Notes under the pieces: model-generated
Databases searched by the model: none
Told to the model about the DNA's origin: nothing
Seen by the model: only the letters and a program-made list of their open reading frames with translations
Part shown: positions 63,273 to 64,000 of the stretch, piece after piece
Layout of the letters: the number at the start of each line of letters is the position of its first letter
How positions within the stretch are numbered: the stretch's first letter is position 1
Program-made: the position numbers and the translations under genes
NCBI RefSeq assembly: GCF_009834535.1
Contig: NC_045697.1
Span: forward strand, 560,001 to 624,000
Direction: 5' to 3'
From: Camelus ferus
Taxonomy: Eukaryota
Length of the DNA: 64,000 nucleotides

Positions 63273-64000
63273 GTAAGAGCCTCTCTGGGGTCCTGCCGCA
63301 GCCCCGGGCCTGGGTGTGCGGGAGGGGGGCTGACCGCACTCCCAAGATGTACCTGCAGCCAGGGCCCTGGCTGCCATGACCAGCAGGCCCCTGGGCGGCA
63401 GAGGGCAGGCGGGTGAGAGTGGAGGCTGGAGCTGGTCACCCTGAGGGTAATGAGCGAGCCTCTTCCCGAGGAGGGGCCTTTGCCAGCCAACCAGTGAACC
63501 CGAGGTTCCCAGTGAGGGGCTGAGCCAGCCCTGAGGCTCCCCCTTGCTCAGCTGACCTCGAAGGGGTGGTCAGGGCCCAGGCGTGTCCATCTGGTGACTT
63601 CGGGGAGGGCAGGTACCTCCAAGGGTGGCGGGATGGTGGTTACTGCGCAAGTCTCAGCTCCAGGGAGCAGGCGCCTCGTGCTGCTCCAAGCACCAACCCT
63701 GGGGTCCAGGCAGCTCTCTGGCCCAGCAGGACCTGCCTGGCTGGTGGTGACTTGGCGGGGCCAGAGTGGGGAGGCTCTAGCCCAGCATCCTTGCTGTCAG
63801 GGGATGAAGGAAGGCATGGGGGCTTCTGATTAGAAACACACTTGTGGCTGATGCTCCTTCCGAGGTCTGCCCAGGCAGGTGCTGTCCAGGAGGCTGTCCT
63901 CTCGGGCCGACGCCCAGAAGGTGCTCAGCGCACCAGGCAGAGGAGGTGCCACCAGGGACCCAGCCTGAGTCGGGTAGGACAGGAGGGCGGCTTCCTCAGT

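Noticed and set aside
63273..64000. Terminal UVSSA exon, or the in-frame TAA at 63274-63276 as the true stop
   Set aside because: AA/gtaaga is a strong donor, and the expected conserved C-terminus is not found here; the gene most likely continues beyond the window.

Overview
Mammalian genomic DNA, most likely camelid (Vic-1-type tRNA-derived SINEs with target-site duplications). The first ~6.5 kb is AT-rich and made of L1 and ERV remnants plus a C-rich minisatellite. The rest is GC-rich and carries two spliced + strand genes in tandem. MAEA (CTLH/GID E3 ligase RING subunit) is complete: 9 constitutive coding exons from ATG 7257 to TAG 34328 splice into a 396-aa ORF. It also has an in-frame 38-aa cassette exon, a clear U12-type (minor spliceosome) intron just before the RING region, and a possible overlapping uORF. 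UVSSA (transcription-coupled repair scaffold) starts at ATG 42823, and 12 coding exons run to 63272; its last exon was not found in the window. UVSSA introns contain an orphan CpG island with a perfect telomeric G4 21-mer and a FOX:ETS motif. They also contain five AT-rich, motif-dense non-repeat blocks that look like developmental enhancers, possibly for NKX1-1, which follows UVSSA in the human 4p16.3 gene order. Nearly all long ORFs in the supplied track are GC or repeat artefacts. I did not find a wholly new gene system; the best leads are splicing, translational and cis-regulatory. Repeat family names come from recognition by eye, not database searches.
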